Positions 14,905-29,193 of a DNA stretch of 64,000 nucleotides are shown here, piece by piece; position 1 is the stretch's first letter; each line of letters begins with the position of its first letter. The DNA is from Squalus acanthias (Eukaryota), in assembly GCA_030390025.1 (NCBI GenBank), contig CM059432.1, positions 47,556,001 to 47,620,000 of the forward strand, in the 5' to 3' direction. The position numbers and the translations under genes were made by a program. The notes under the pieces were generated by a model that saw only the letters and a program-made list of their open reading frames with translations, had not been told where the DNA came from and did not search any database.

Positions 14905-15197
14905 ACAGTCTCAGAATAAGGGGTCGGCCATTTAGGATTGAGATGAGGAGAAATTTCTTCATTCAGAGGGTGGTGAATGTTGGAATTCTCTACCCCAGAG
15001 GGCTGTGGAGGCTCAGTCGTTGAGTATATTCAAGACAGAGATCGATAGATTTTTGGATATTAAGGGAATCAAGGGATACGGGGATAGTGCAGGAAAGTGG
15101 AGATGAGGTAGAAGATCAGCCATGATCTTATTGAATGGCGGAGCAGGCTCAAAGGGCCAAATGGCCTACCCCTGCTCCTATTTCTTATGTTATGTTA
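14905..15197 (+). mobile_element. CR1 3' end (similar copies at 57305-57670 and 61045-61460)
   Basis: Conserved GAATGGCGGAGCAGGCTC...CCTGCTCCTATTTCTTATG terminus. Confidence 0.85.
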
Positions 15198-15867
15198 CAA
15201 CAGTTTAAAAATCTCTCCACTCACAAAATCATCACCTTGCAGCTGCCCAATGTCAGCATTATGACATTCGCCAATAGTACCTGCAGAGCAGGAATATTCA
15301 ACACACCAACAACTTACACATTGCCATATGCATCAAATGTTGCAGTGTATTCTACTGAAGGCAGATAAATTTGGTTGCACCAATGTTGCTGTATATTCTC
15401 ATTTATATAATTATTGAACAGTAGGCACACATTCTTATACCAAAATAAGATGACAAGCATTCCAAAATGATGTTTGACAAAAGTATTGGCAGTCAGTTGT
15501 AACAGCTTTTGCAATTTGTGCGCTCTGGATGCACACTGCTCCTACTTATTTGATTTTCTTGTATAAATAAACCAAATATAAATTCAATGTAAACTGTTAA
15601 GTCACATTTTCGAACAATCATAAACCATTCACTAAGATGCTATCAGACCTCTTGACTAATTCCATCCAAACATCAATTATTCCAGCATGCGTACATCATT
15701 AAATTGAAAGCATAGTGACTGTCTAACACATAAAAAGGACTTTCCTACGTTGCTCATTACCAACATTTAATGAGCTTCAGTCTTTTCCATATCAGCAACT
15801 CTTAACCAGAAATGTCATGCTAACATTCAATACTGTACTAGTTTCTATATACAATCAATCATACCTC

Positions 15868-17168
15868 TCCCTAGAAATTGGAGGTGTTAGCGCTGGCCGT
15901 TAAGGCCCATTTTGTTGAAAAAATGGCGGCCGCCTCACTTCCGGCGGGTCCCGTGAGGGCCGCCTTTTCAGCAGGTCGGCAGCAATGCCAAATTGACACA
16001 CGGTCATCCATTTTGGAGCTCGCCGCTCCTCTTACCGCCCTCTCCAAAGCACGCCCGTGCATGCAGCCATTGGCAGCGCAGAGAGGCGGGAGAAAGTGGT
16101 GGTGAGCTAGAACCCATACAGCAAGCAGCTGCTGAGATAACGGTTAACTATGGAGAGCTATTGGAGTGAAAACTGCTTCCAATTAGATGCATCAAATCTC
16201 CTCCCCGGTCAGTCAAACAGTACAGGAGGTAAATACTTTTAAAATAAACTGTACTCTATGTACTACAGTTGTAATCTCAGGAAAAATCAATGCTGCATCG
16301 CCTTAAAATTTATACATTGTGGTTTTCTAGTTTAAGAACTGATAAAATAACGTGCACATTTTGGAAGTCTGCTTTTAAAAGGCTTGACAGCATATTCTCA
16401 CCAAGAGTTCTTCAAAAGTCTGCTGTTGTTAAAAATGTAATTGAATCTTCTGCACCAGTAAACTCTTGACCAAGAGTTCATATTCCCCGCTTTTTAAAAA
16501 AAATTTCTTTCCATTGATGTCTTCTGCAACGGTTTAAGGACATTTGTGCCACAGTCCCTCCAGATCTGAGCCTGTGCTTTAAGAGCCACTCACCAGGGAG
16601 TGAATCCCCAATGTGATATGCAGGCTAGTGCACGGTCACTGCTAGCTGCAAGACGGTGCGTCCCCATCCCCCTCCCCCCTCTAGCACCATGGTGGAACAC
16701 AGACCTTCACACAACAAACATCGGAGTCAAAGATCTGTGGAGCTACAGCAGCCAGTGAAGGTGGGAGTACCAGGCAGTCTGGCACTCAGTTGTGGACCCC
16801 ACACAAGACCCAGAGAAATGTTCGCAAAAGTAAGAGGGGAGCCATTGCCAAACAAATGCGTCGTGATGTGCCACAATGCTCCAACCCTACAGGGGCCATC
16901 AGTGGATTCGATATCAAAACCCAGGAGCCGTCACCAAATGATCAGATCAACCGAGAACGCTGCACCGATCACCCAGACGCTACCTTTGGACTCCCGCGGA
17001 GGTTAGCGCCAGAATGAGCACGTTACACAACAGATTCTCCATTCCGCTCACGGAAATTACCAGCCAGCACCAAAATACCGGTGTTGACTGTGCTTTTACT
17101 GCAGGCGGTCGTTAGCCTTGACCCGCGGTTACCAGCAGGCTTCCGGCCTACTCGAATTTTCTAGGCCC
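15868..17168. mobile_element. MITE-like element; left end related to 54412-54985
   Basis: CCTAGAAATT / AATTTTCTAGGCCC ends; shared AAAATGGCGGC..CACTTCCGGCGGG block. Confidence 0.5.
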
Positions 17169-17319
17169 TTGTAAATTATTTTGTTTTCAAATTTTTTCTC
17201 TATTCATTTCCATAAAGCTCTTAATTATGATTGGGTTGCAGAGGGACAAACAGTTGCTACTGAAGCTTTGCACCTCCAAATGGTAGAACCGGTATTTGAT
17301 GGGGTGTGGTGTGAAAACC

Positions 17320-18615
17320 TTTCCAATCAGGTTTCCGCCCCTCCATAGCACTGAAACGGCCCTTATCAAAGTCACAAATAACATCCTATGGGACTGTGAC
17401 CCCGGTGCACTATCCCTCCTCATTCCTCTCACTCAATCTGTCTGTAGCCTTTGACACAGTTGACCACACCATCCTCCTCATATGCCTCTCTTCCGTTGTC
17501 CAGCTGGGTGGGAGTGTCCTCACCTGGTTCCATTCCTATCTGTCCAGTCGCAGCCAGAGAATCGCCGACAATTGCTTCTCTTCTTGCTCATGCAGTTACC
17601 TCTGGAGTCGCCCAAGGATCTATCTTTGGCCCCCTCCTATTTCTCATCTACATGCTGCCTCTTGGCACCTTCATCCGAAAACACAATGTCAGATTCCACA
17701 TGTATGCTGACAACACCCAACTCTGCCTCACCACCAACTCTCTCCACCCCTCCACTGCCTCCGATTTGTCATGCTGCTTGTCCAACATCCAGTAATGGAA
17801 GAGCAGAAATTTTCTTCAATTAAATATTGGGAAGACCAAAGCCATTCTCTTTGGTTCCCACCACATACACCGTTTCCTAGCCACTGGCTCCATCCCCCTC
17901 CCTGGCCACTGTCTGAGGCTGAACCAGACTGTTCACAACCTCGAGGTCCATCTTGACCCAGAGCTAAGCTACCGACCCCATATTCTCTCAATCAGCAATA
18001 CCACCTACTTCCACCTCCATAATATCACCCATTTCCGCCCCTGCCTCAGCCTATTGGCTGCTGAAACCCTCATCCATGCCTGTTACCTCCAGACACGACT
18101 ATTCCAATGCTCTCTTGGCTGGCGTCCCACCTTCCACTCTCTGTAAACTTAAGCTCATCCAAAACTCTGCTGCTTGTATCCTAATCCGCACCAAGTCCTG
18201 TTCACCCATCACCTCTCTGCCTGCTGACCTATATTGGCTCCCGGTCTGACAATGCCTCAAATTAAAAATTCTCATTCTTGTGTTCAAATCCCTCCACAGC
18301 CTCACCCCTCCCTATTTCATTTACCTCCTCCAGCCATACAACCCTCCGAGATCGCTGCGCTCATCCAATGCTGGCCTCTTGCGCATCCACAATTTCTATC
18401 CTCACCATTAGTGGTCGTGCCTTCAGCTGCCTAGGTCCTAAGTTCTGGAATTTCCTCCATAAACCTCTCCGCCTCATTTAAAATGTTCCTTAAAACCTAC
18501 CTCTTCTCTTATCTCTTTGTGGCTCGATGTCAAATTGTGTTTGATAACTCTCCTGTGAAGCGTCTTAGGGCATGTAACTACATTAAAGATGCTATATAAA
18601 TGCAAGCTGTTGTTG
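17320..18615 (+). mobile_element. L2-type LINE fragment
   Basis: Same RT motifs (AFDTVDH, YADNTQL) and (TTG)n tail. Confidence 0.87.
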
Positions 18616-19470
18616 TCCAAGCTGTGGTCAGAAGGATGGTGGCAATGCACTTCAACCTGAGTTGTGCTGTTCACCAGCCTGCTCGTAAGGAGCTAATGGC
18701 ATCTGCCCAAAGAGGGCTCAAATCCAAGTTTGGTACCTGTCTAATGGCCAACTACAGACTATCCTCTATGGGAGGGTGGCAGAGAGGTAAGTGGATCTCC
18801 TTTGCTCCAACTTGGCACACCTGGCAATGGAAAAGAATGGAATTGAATCAAAACTCCATGGCAGATTTGGTAATCTGAAATCCAAGCCAAGCAGGTTAGC
18901 AGTACTCCAGGACACCTTCGGTGATTGGTCAGCCACTGTGGCTCATTAATGACTCCTGGAGGGGTAGACCTGTTAACGGAGGTTGGGATTTTTCTTATTA
19001 GGGTAGACCAAGTTGAACAAGCAGCAGGAAGGTTACAGTGCCAATAAGCTGCATATTTTTAGCCAATTAAACTCCATCGGCAACAGTGCATGCCTTGGAT
19101 CTTTCCATCCTCTACCTAAACTCTCTGGATTTAGGCAAGTGAGATGTGCCCCAACACAAAGAGTGTGTGCACCCCCATATTGGGCAAACATATAATGTGG
19201 AATTATCAGTCACTTGATTTTTCCCTCTCCCAGGTAGTAGAGGAAGAGGATTGTTGGCGCACAGGAAGCAAATCAACTGAAAGACTGGCACGTGGCCTTT
19301 TCTCATCCTAGATACATAAACATAAAACTATATATGCCGAAGGGTTTTTGTGTAAAATTGGTTGCATGCTTATAAAAAGAGTGTGCTCTATTTTCCTTAA
19401 TATCATGTGAAATTTCAGCTAAAAGTGATAATCTTAAACCTTTGTTTCAAGTTTTTAAATAAGTAAACTA

Positions 19471-19593
<123 letters not shown>

Positions 19594-19766
19594 TCATATC
19601 AACCAACAGCATCTTATAGCACATTTTAAACTGACACCTCAATTTTTCCCAAGTACAAAAATTAACATTAACTCCATTTTAAATTACAGTCTAATAATAA
19701 AATATTTTTGTAAAGATTTAGGATTAAGAGTAAGTTAGATGTGGAGGGAAAAAAATATTGATTTAC

Positions 19767-19839
19767 CTGACACAAATACCGGAAATGTGCTAACTTCCAC
19801 CGAAAGCTACGTTCGTATGCAATTTGTGGGCCTTTTGCA
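19767..19839 (-). CDS. WWP1: WWP1 exon, pre-HECT (73 nt)
   Basis: AKGPQIAYERSFRWKLAHFRYLCQ; CAG/GTAAA. Confidence 0.95.
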
Positions 19840-20144
19840 CTGTGAAAATAAGTTACATTTTACCTTTAAGCAACAGCAGAAGTTAAGTTGGTAATGATGG
19901 AATTTTGTAATATTCTGAGATACTTTTAAAAAATGAAATATGTGTGTGTGGATTTTGAATACTGAACCCTTAAGAAAGAACACACAGCACTTAGTATGCA
20001 AGTAGCTCCAAGGAATCCTGTGCTTCCTGGGCTAGTCAATTTTTGATGATTTCAGCTAAAACACCACGGTGTAGAAACAAATCCTAATATTACACTAAAC
20101 AGGCTATTTATATCAAGACAGAATGTATTTTACTAAAAATCTGA

Positions 20145-22620
20145 ATAGAATCACAGATTCTTACAGCACAGAAGGAGGCCTTTCGGCCTGTAGCACCTGT
20201 GGCAGCTCTCTGAAAGAGCTGTCCAATTTAGTCCCACACCCCATCTTTTTCCCCACATACCTGCAAACTAGTCCTCTTCAAGTACATGTCAAATTGCCTT
20301 TTGAAAGTTCCTATGGGATCTGATTCCACCACCCTTTCAGGTAGTGCGTCCCAGATCTTAATATCCCTCTGTGAAAAAATCTCTGATTTCCCCTCTAGTT
20401 CTCTTGCCAATTATTTTAAATCTGTAGTTTAAACCGACCCACTTACCAGAGGAAATTGTTTTACCCTTCTTGCTCTATCAAAACCCCTCATAATTTTGAC
20501 TACCTCTATTAGGTCTCTCTTAACCTCCTCTGCTCTAAGGAGAACAATCCCAGCTTCTCCAATCTCTTCACATAACTGAAGTCTCTCATCCTGGTAAACC
20601 TCCTCTGTACCCTCTCCAAGGCTTTGACATCTTTCCTAAAGTGTGGTGCCCAGAATTGTTCACAATAGTCCAGCTCAGAGATTGTTTTCCCTGGCTGGAG
20701 AGTCTAGAACTAGGGGGCATAGTCTCAGAATAAGGGGTTGGCCATTTAAGACTGAGATGAGGAGGAATTTCTTCATAAGAACATAAGAAACAGGAGCAGG
20801 AGTAGGTCAATCGGCCCCTCGAGCCTGCTCCGCCATTCAATAAGATCATGGCTGATCCAATCTTGGCCTCAACACCACTTTCCCGCTCTCTCCCCATACC
20901 CCTCGACTCCCTTGTAGTTCAAATGTCTGTCAATCTCTGCCTTGAATATATTCAATGACTCCACCTCCACAGCTCTCCGGGGTAGAGAATTCCAAAGATT
21001 CACGACCCTCAGAAGAAATTCCTCCTCATCTCCGTCTTAAATGGGCGACCCCTTATTCTGAAACTATGCCCCCTAGTTCTAGACACCCCCTCTAGGGGAA
21101 ACATCCTCTCAGCATCCACCCTGTCAATCCCTCTCAGAATCTTATATGTTTCAATAAGATCACCTCTCATTCTTCTAAACTCCAATGAGTATAGGTCCAA
21201 CCTGCTCAACCTTTCGTCATAAGTCACTCAGAGGGTTGTGAATCTTTGGAATTCTCTACCCCAAAGGGCTGTGGATGCTGAATCGCTGAGTATATTCAAG
21301 GCTGAGATCGATAGATTTTTGGATTAGAGAGAAATCAAGGGATATGGAGATCGGGTGGGAAAGTGGAGTTGAGTTCAAAGATCAGCCATGATCTTATTGA
21401 ATGGCGGAGCAGGCTTGTGGTGCCGTATGGCCTACTCCTGCTCAAAATTCTTATGTTATTATGTAGCTGAGGCCTAACCAGTGATTTTTAAAATTTTAGC
21501 AGGACTTCCCTGCTTTTGTATCAACCACCTTCAAAGATTTGTGAATATCAAAGTCCAAGGTTCCTCTGCTCTTGCAACCACCTCAAAATAGTACCATTTA
21601 GATTATACTGCCTCTGTTGTTCCTCCCAAAGTGCATCACTTCACACTTAGCTGCGTTAAATTGCATTTGCCATGTGTCTGCACATTTCAACAGTCTGTCT
21701 ATGTTCTCCTGAAGTCTGCTACTATCCTGTTCACTATTTACTACATCGCCAAGTTTTGTTATCATCCACAAACTTCAAAAATTTTACTCCCTATACCCAA
21801 GTCCAGGCCACTTATATGTAACAAGAAAAGCAATGGTCTTAATACTCCTGGGGGACCTCTCTGCATACTTCTCTCCAGTCAGAACAAAATCCATCCACCA
21901 CACTCTGCCTCCTATCCCTTAGCCAATTACATACTCAAGTTACTACCGTCCCTTTAATACCATGTGCTTCTATTTTCTAAATAAGTCTGTTACGTGGTAC
22001 TTTATCAAATTACTTTTTTGTCCACATATATATCTACTGCACTACATTCCTCTCTGTTACTACATCAAGGAACTCAATCAGGTTAGTCAGACATGATTTG
22101 CTTTAACAATTCTGTGCTGGCTGTCCCTTATTAACCCATATTTCTCCCAAGTAAGAATTAATTTGGTCCTTTACAATGGTCACGAGTAATTTTCCACCAC
22201 TGATGTGAGATTGATTGGCCTGTAGTTACCAGGTTTATCCCTCTCCCCTTTTTTGAACAGGGGTGTAACATTTACAATCCTCCAGTCCTCTGGCACCACT
22301 CACATATCCAAGGAGGATTGAAAGATTGTGGTCATTGCTTCTGCTATCTCCACCCTAGTTTCCCTCAGCAACCTAGGATGCATTCCATCTGGACTTGTTA
22401 ACTTTGACTGACGCCCACCTATTTAGTACCTCTTTTCTATCTATTTTTATGCTATCCAATATCTCCACTCGCCCATCCTTTACTGCAACATTAACTTCAT
22501 CCTCATCTTTTGTGAAGACAGATGCAAAGTACTCATTCAGTACCTCAGTCAATCCCTCTGCTTCCACAAGATGATTTCCTTTGTCGCTAATCCAGCCCAT
22601 CATTCCTTTAACTATCCTTT
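20145..22620 (-). mobile_element. Old CR1 fragment hosting two nested CR1 3' ends (20676-21464)
   Basis: CR1 C-terminal and RT remnants on minus; AGCT duplicated at 20672-75 and 21465-68. Confidence 0.82.
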
Positions 22621-23084
22621 TACTTTTTATATGTTTGTTTATAAGAGTTTTTATTTATTTTTTTAAATTGCTTGTGCTTCCTATTTTATTGCTTCTATTT
22701 AAGCTTTACTTTTCCATTTTTAATTTATCCCCATTTTTCTCCTACTCTCCTGAAGACACTTGGGTGCAATTTTGAGGCCTGTAGGCATCCTCTAGTAACT
22801 TGCTCAAATGGCCATTCTTCCTAAAGTGTCAGGCAAAAATGGCTTAATGAAGTGGTGAGCGAAGGATGTGTAATATGTAGGCAAGGGTAATATTTCTTCC
22901 CCTGTACCTAGTGACTTTCCCCTCTGCTACACCTCAAACAATAATAAGTGTGAGGTCAGGGAGTACTGTGTGAAGCACTTAAAATCTTAACAAATATAAC
23001 CAACTTGGATCAACATTAAAAGGCACATTACATTATTGAAAAAAACTTTCTTTAGAAGAATAAATGGGATGGTATGAGCTACCC

Positions 23085-23400
23085 CACTGGCTCGATGAAC
23101 CTCGGCTGCAAATTAGTGAGGGATGCAGACCAGGAAGGTCATTGGTTAGCTGCTTAATCTGTGCTGAATTAGTTGACTTGAGCTGGGGTGGCAGTAGGGT
23201 TGCTATAATAGCTTCAGCATCTCTGGGTTAAGATGGAGAAAATCAGCCATGGTTTCCACTCCTGATCACTATCCGTTAATCCTACTTGGAGTGCATTTGT
23301 TTGGACATTGCATGAGGACAAATGTGATCAGGATCAGTCCCCTTGTAATGGGAAGTGATTGAATTAGTCTGGTGACATTCACTGTCAAGGATCACGCAAG
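23085..23400 (+). repeat. Old SINE-like dispersed repeat (copies at about 31860-32200 +, 35590-35900 -, 46590-46750 +)
   Basis: Shared CCAGGAAGGT..TGTGCTGA(G/A)TTAG(C/T)TGA..GCCAGGGTTCC blocks. Confidence 0.6.
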
Positions 23401-23779
23401 CATAATGGCTATTTGAGCAAGACAATACAAGAGTTTAAACCCACGGAACAACACCTCAGTGGGGAGATGAGCGGAGAAAAAGTGGTGCAGGAAACAGTCA
23501 CGGAAAAAAAAATTGGGTAGAATAAGAGTCCACGAAAGAGTGGATTGTACATGGTCTGTGGAACCAGTCTTTTCTCAATCTGTACTTTATGTTTTAAAGA
23601 ATTCACCATCATTCATGCTGGTAATACCCAAGAAATTATATTCAGCAGCATACTTAAATATTAACTCAATTAAAAAATTTTTTTTGGAAAAATCTAAGTT
23701 ATTTTGCTAACATGCAAAATTGCCAGCTGCAATACACAAAGCTATTAATTCCTTCCAGTTTGTTCAAGAATACAACTTA

Positions 23780-23941
<162 letters not shown>

Positions 23942-24479
23942 TTAAAATGACAAACCATCAAGGTGTAGAATGGTTAAAGTGGAAGTTTGCAATCATTCAC
24001 AATATAAAATAAAAACACAAGCCAAACTGCACTTTAAAAAACACAAAAGTGTAATGAAAGATGTAGAAAAGTGCTTTTTTAAATATTGCTTCATAAATTA
24101 TATATGAAGTTGAAGATTTTGGGACAGCTACTTTGTCCCACCTAAAGAAATCATAAGAAATCTAGAATGTAAAACAAGTAGAGTTTGGACATCAGAATGA
24201 AGATTCTGATCATTGATATACAGTGCAAAAGCTGGAAGGTATGCATCAAAGACAGAACTGTGGTCGCAAAACTGAGTTTAATTTTAATAGAGAGCTATCT
24301 TAAAAATCCTGAGAACAATTTAATTTAGAATTTTTGCTGAACTTACTTACATTACCACCAATTTCAATACAATTGCAAAATTATTTAGCTTCAGAAGTAG
24401 TTATCCAGTGCTAGCACTTATACCAACCAGCTACGTGCTATAATGCTACATTTCACAAGATAAATATTAGTTTCGTTTT

Positions 24480-24980
24480 AAATAAAAACAGAAAATGCTG
24501 GAAATACTCAGCAGGTCAGGCAGCATCTGTGGAGAAAGAAACGGAGGTAACGTTTCAGGTGGATGACCTTTCATTAGAATGGGGAAAATGTTAGAGATGT
24601 AATGCCTCACCCCTTCCCCTCCCTCCCAGAACCATGATAGGGTTCCCCTTGTCCTCACCTTCCACCCCACCAGCCTCCACATTCAACAAATCATCCTCCG
24701 CCATCTCCAGCGTGATCCCATCGCCAAACACATCTTCCCTTCCCCTCCCCTTTCAGCATTCCAAAGGGACCGTTCCCTCCACGACACCTTGGTTCTGGAA
24801 CGGAGGGGAAGGGGTAAAGGGTTACATCTCTAACAGTTTCCAGTTCTGATGAAAGGTAATCGATTTGAAATTTTAATTCTGTTTCTCTCTCTCCACAGAT
24901 GCTGCCTGACCTGCTGAGTATTTCCAGCATTTTCTGTTTTTATTTCAGATTGCCAGCATCCGCAATATTTTGCTTTTGTT
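24480..24980. mobile_element. Second-family PLE-derived fold-back element with decayed hammerheads
   Basis: Inverted arms about 24480-24634 and 24790-24945; centre encodes the PLE linker DRVPLVLTFHPTSLHIQQIILRHLQRDPIAKHIFPSPPLSAFQRDRSLHDTL. Confidence 0.82.
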
Positions 24981-25357
24981 TTAGTTCATCCATCCAAAAA
25001 AGAAAAATCTACGCTCCCTCCTCACACTTAATAAGCTCTTGAATGGCTAAGATTTTCACTACACTTTCTGGAATCAATTCCAAATGTTGATCAGCCTTTG
25101 TGAAGAAATACTTGCCAGCATCAATACCAAATTTCTCTTCATCAGTTTGAAACTGTGTCCCCTTGATCCAGTCATCAGTTATCTTGAGGGAACACTCCAA
25201 ATTTCCCTTTTCTGTACAATTTAATATCTAGGTCTATTTCAGGCATGTTCTTTTGAGGATAAAATGACCAAAATTGGACAGTACTCAAGCTGTGGCCTGA
25301 TCAGAACATCACAGTTTTAGCATAACCTCCTCTAATTTGTACGGATTGTCAATATAG

Positions 25358-26630
25358 ACACACGAATCTCTAACAAAGACGGACACCTCAGCACTTCACT
25401 CTACCGCAAGCCCACGGACAACCTCACGATGCTCCACTTCTCCAGCTTCCACCCTAACCACGTTAAAGAAGCCATCCCCTATGGACAAGCCCTGCGAATA
25501 CACAGGATCTGCTCAGACGAGGAGGAACGCGATGGACACCTACGGACGCTGAAAGACGCCCTCGTAAGAACGGGATATGAAGCTCGACTCATCGATCGAC
25601 AGTTCCGACGGGCCACAGCGAAAAATCGCATAGACCTCCTCAGAAGGCGAACACGGGACACAACCAACAGAGTACCCTACGTCGTCCAGTACTTCCCCGG
25701 AGCGGAGAAACTACGCCATGTTCTTCGCAGCCTTCAACATGTCATCGATGACGACGAACAACTTGCTAAGGCCATCCCCACGCCTCCACTACTCGCCTTC
25801 AAGCAGCCGCCTAACCTCAAAAGTACCATCGTTCACAGCAAATTACCCAGCTGTCAGGAGAACAGCGACCACGACACCACACAACCCTGCCACGGCAACC
25901 TCCGCAAGACATGCCAGATCATCAACACAGATACCATCATCACACGTGAGGACACTACCCACCAGGTACATGGTACATACTCATGTGATTCGGCCAACGT
26001 TGTCTACCTCATACGTTGCAGGAAAGAATGCCCCGCGGCATGGTACATCGGCGAGACCATGCAGACACTGAGACAACGTATGAACGGACACCGCGCAACA
26101 ATCGCCAGGCAGGATTGTTACCTCCCAGTCGGGGAACACTTCAGCAGTCAAGGACATTCAGCCTCGGATCTGCGGGTTAGCGTTCTCCAAGGCGGCCTTC
26201 GAGACACACGACAACGCAAAATCATCGAGCAGAAACTGATAGCCAAGTTCCGCACCCATGAGGACGGCCTCAACCGGGATCTTGGGTTCATGTCACGCTA
26301 CAGGACGTGACTCAACGTCGTTGTCTGGTTCACAGACAGATGCGATTTCCAGTTTTTTTTTTAAAAGTAAAAAGCTTAACTGCAGACTACAGCATTTGAC
26401 ACGTTGGACCCCCTGTGGCCCCACCTCATTGTCTTAGTTGTACTCTGCTGTGTCTTTGATGTAATGCCTCCCTGACGGATTGTATCTCTGCAGAAACATT
26501 GTTCTCTGTCTATATATACTTTGTAACTGATTTGTATTCCCTCACTGTACCTGACGAAGGAGCAGAGCTCCGAAAGCTCGTAATTTCAAATAAAACTGTT
26601 GGACTATAACCTGGTGTTGTGCGACTTCTC
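25358..26630 (+). mobile_element. 5'-truncated Penelope-like retroelement (RT thumb + GIY-YIG endonuclease + 3' pseudo-LTR)
   Basis: Open frame from about 25357 to 26310 with LYRKPTD..LHFSSFHP, then NVVYLIRC..C..WYIGET...LRQRMNGHR...GLN. Flanked by TCAATATAG at 25349-57 and 26629-37. Confidence 0.93.
26548..26582 (+). ncRNA. Minimal type-I hammerhead ribozyme motif in PLE 3' end
   Basis: TAC-CTGACGA-A-GGAGC aga GCTCC-GAA-AGCT-C-GTA. Confidence 0.8.
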
Positions 26631-28485
26631 AATATAGTTCAGCATTCTGTTTGCTTTATTATTTGCTGCTCCATTATACCTCGACATACCAGCATCCCCA
26701 GATTTCTTTCAACCTCAGCTTGAGCTATTTCTACAGTTCATATTGTAATTATGTTGTCGACTTTTTCATTCAATATGTAGTACCCTACACCTGTATTAAA
26801 TTTCATCTGTCAATAGTTCTGCCCATTTACAAATTTTATTGGAACTCTTTTTTGCAGGTACCTTGTTGCTTAACCCCATTTTCATCCTTTCACTAGTTTG
26901 GTATCACCTGCAAACCTATCCACTTTTCATCAGGTTTCTTGAGTGTCCTTCCCCAAAGCACCCACTTATTAGTATTCAATGCTTCCTTTCCATTACCAGC
27001 CTTCTTAAACCCATCTCCCCAGTATGAGGAGCTCATGGAATTGAGTCATTAAAATTGAGACCATTCATTCAGTTCTGCCCCTTCCCCTTGCTCACCAAGC
27101 GAAACTTCCCCTCAGGCTCATCCCTGCTCTAGCCCTGATCTGATGTCTTGCACTAATTTTTCTCCTATCTTCCCTCTTTCCCTCTCTGAGCTCAACTGTG
27201 TCCACGAGACCCACCTCCTGCTCCTGTGACCCCATTCCCAATAAACCGCTGACCACATGGCCCCCATGTTGGCTGACGTTGTAAATGGTTCCCACTCTTC
27301 AGGCACTGTCCCTCACCCTTTCAAAACTGCCACCATCATCCTCCTCAGAAAAACACTATAGACTCCTCTACCCTTGCAAACTACAATCCCACTTCAACCT
27401 CTCTTTCCTCTCCAAAATTCATACCCAACTTTACTGCAACTCCTGGTTTGAATCTCTCCAATCAGATTTACATTCCTGCCCCACAAAATGATACACAGAA
27501 GCAAAAGGAAAAAAAAAGAGAAGCAAGAAACAGAAACAGAGAGGTCACTTTTGGTCACCCCTCCCTCCTAATATCTCCTTCTTTGGCTTGGTATTTATTT
27601 ATTTATGATTCGGATGCTGTTGTTTCTTTCAGCTAGCTCTTTTTCTATTTCCAGATTTCATCTTGAATTCCCACAAAGCATATACATTAACCTTTCATGA
27701 AAAAAGTTGCCAAAGTCTTTTTGGAAGTCTAAATACTTCATGTAATAAGGTTTACCATGGTCTATTTGATATGCCACCTCCTCAAAAAAAGTAAATGGGC
27801 TGAATCTTGACCGGGGCAGGCTGCTTAGGTGGTGGGGGGTGAGTTTCTGTCAGGAAACCTGAATGTCTACTACTATTTACTAGGTTATGATAGATAATCC
27901 TCAGATTTGCTGCTGATAATTGATTCCATGATTTCTTCTGTTACTGACAACACAAAGAAGTCTATAGTTTTCCAGATTTTGGATTACTTCAGTGATTAAC
28001 ACTGCCTATCACAACATAAGTGAATTCACTTATCCATCCCCACAAATCATCCCTGAACAACCATGAGAAATCAGCTAATTATCTACTGCTTTTGTCAATA
28101 TAAGTTGGTTTTGTGTGATATATTAATTCCGAAATTGACAAGCTGCTGTAATTATTGGACATTCTTTACTATTTTAGATATTCACTTCAATAACAATTTA
28201 AAGAACACAGCACATGACTATTACTCTTGAATAATTCAAATGATGTGCCAAAAGCCTCTGTTTCCTACATTATAACAGTGACTACACTTCAAAAGTACTT
28301 CATTGGCTGTAAAGCACTTTGGGACGTCCGGTGGTTGTGAAAGGCGCTATAGAAATGCAAGTCATTCTTTCTTTATGGAAGCATACAGTGAAATATATAG
28401 CAATTAATTGAGTGTATTTTTGCTTCCATTGGACTTAAGGGATCCACATATTTACTTGACAATGGGTTTCCTTACTGGACACTTA

Positions 28486-28599
<114 letters not shown>

Positions 28600-29193
28600 T
28601 TAGATATTTTTATCATTATTTACTTCTATATATTCTCTTTCCATGTAGACTGAGGGTGGTGGCGGGGGGGGGGGGAGGGGGTCCCAAAGTTGCATTCTGT
28701 ATAATTTGACCAATTCTGTTGCTCTTACATCTCTCCCTCTCCCAGTAAACCAAGTATCACAACGGAGAACTTGTTTATCACATGGTAACCAGATTAAAAT
28801 CTTCAAAATGCAGGATTTGAATCTGCTTTAATTCTGTTACCATGCGTTCATCAACCTAAAGCTGTAAAAAGATTTTCTGCACGCATTTCAAATAATTTTG
28901 CATTAATGTGTGAAAAGAGTAAGAGGTGCTTTAGTCATGCCCGCCAAACTAAATGCCAATTTTGTTATTTATCCAGTTAAAGTTTGACATAACATACCCA
29001 CCTTTATACCCAATATATACCTTTACTAATTTTAGTGAAGTGTCATGTATAGTATCTTTTTAAGCAAATAAAGTGATACAAATCACAGCTTCTCCAATTT
29101 AGGAGCTGGACTAATGCCCTGAATAATTTACTCAATGTATAGTATTTCTTAAACAGTGTGGCATGACCTCTACAAAAATGATGACAAACGTAC

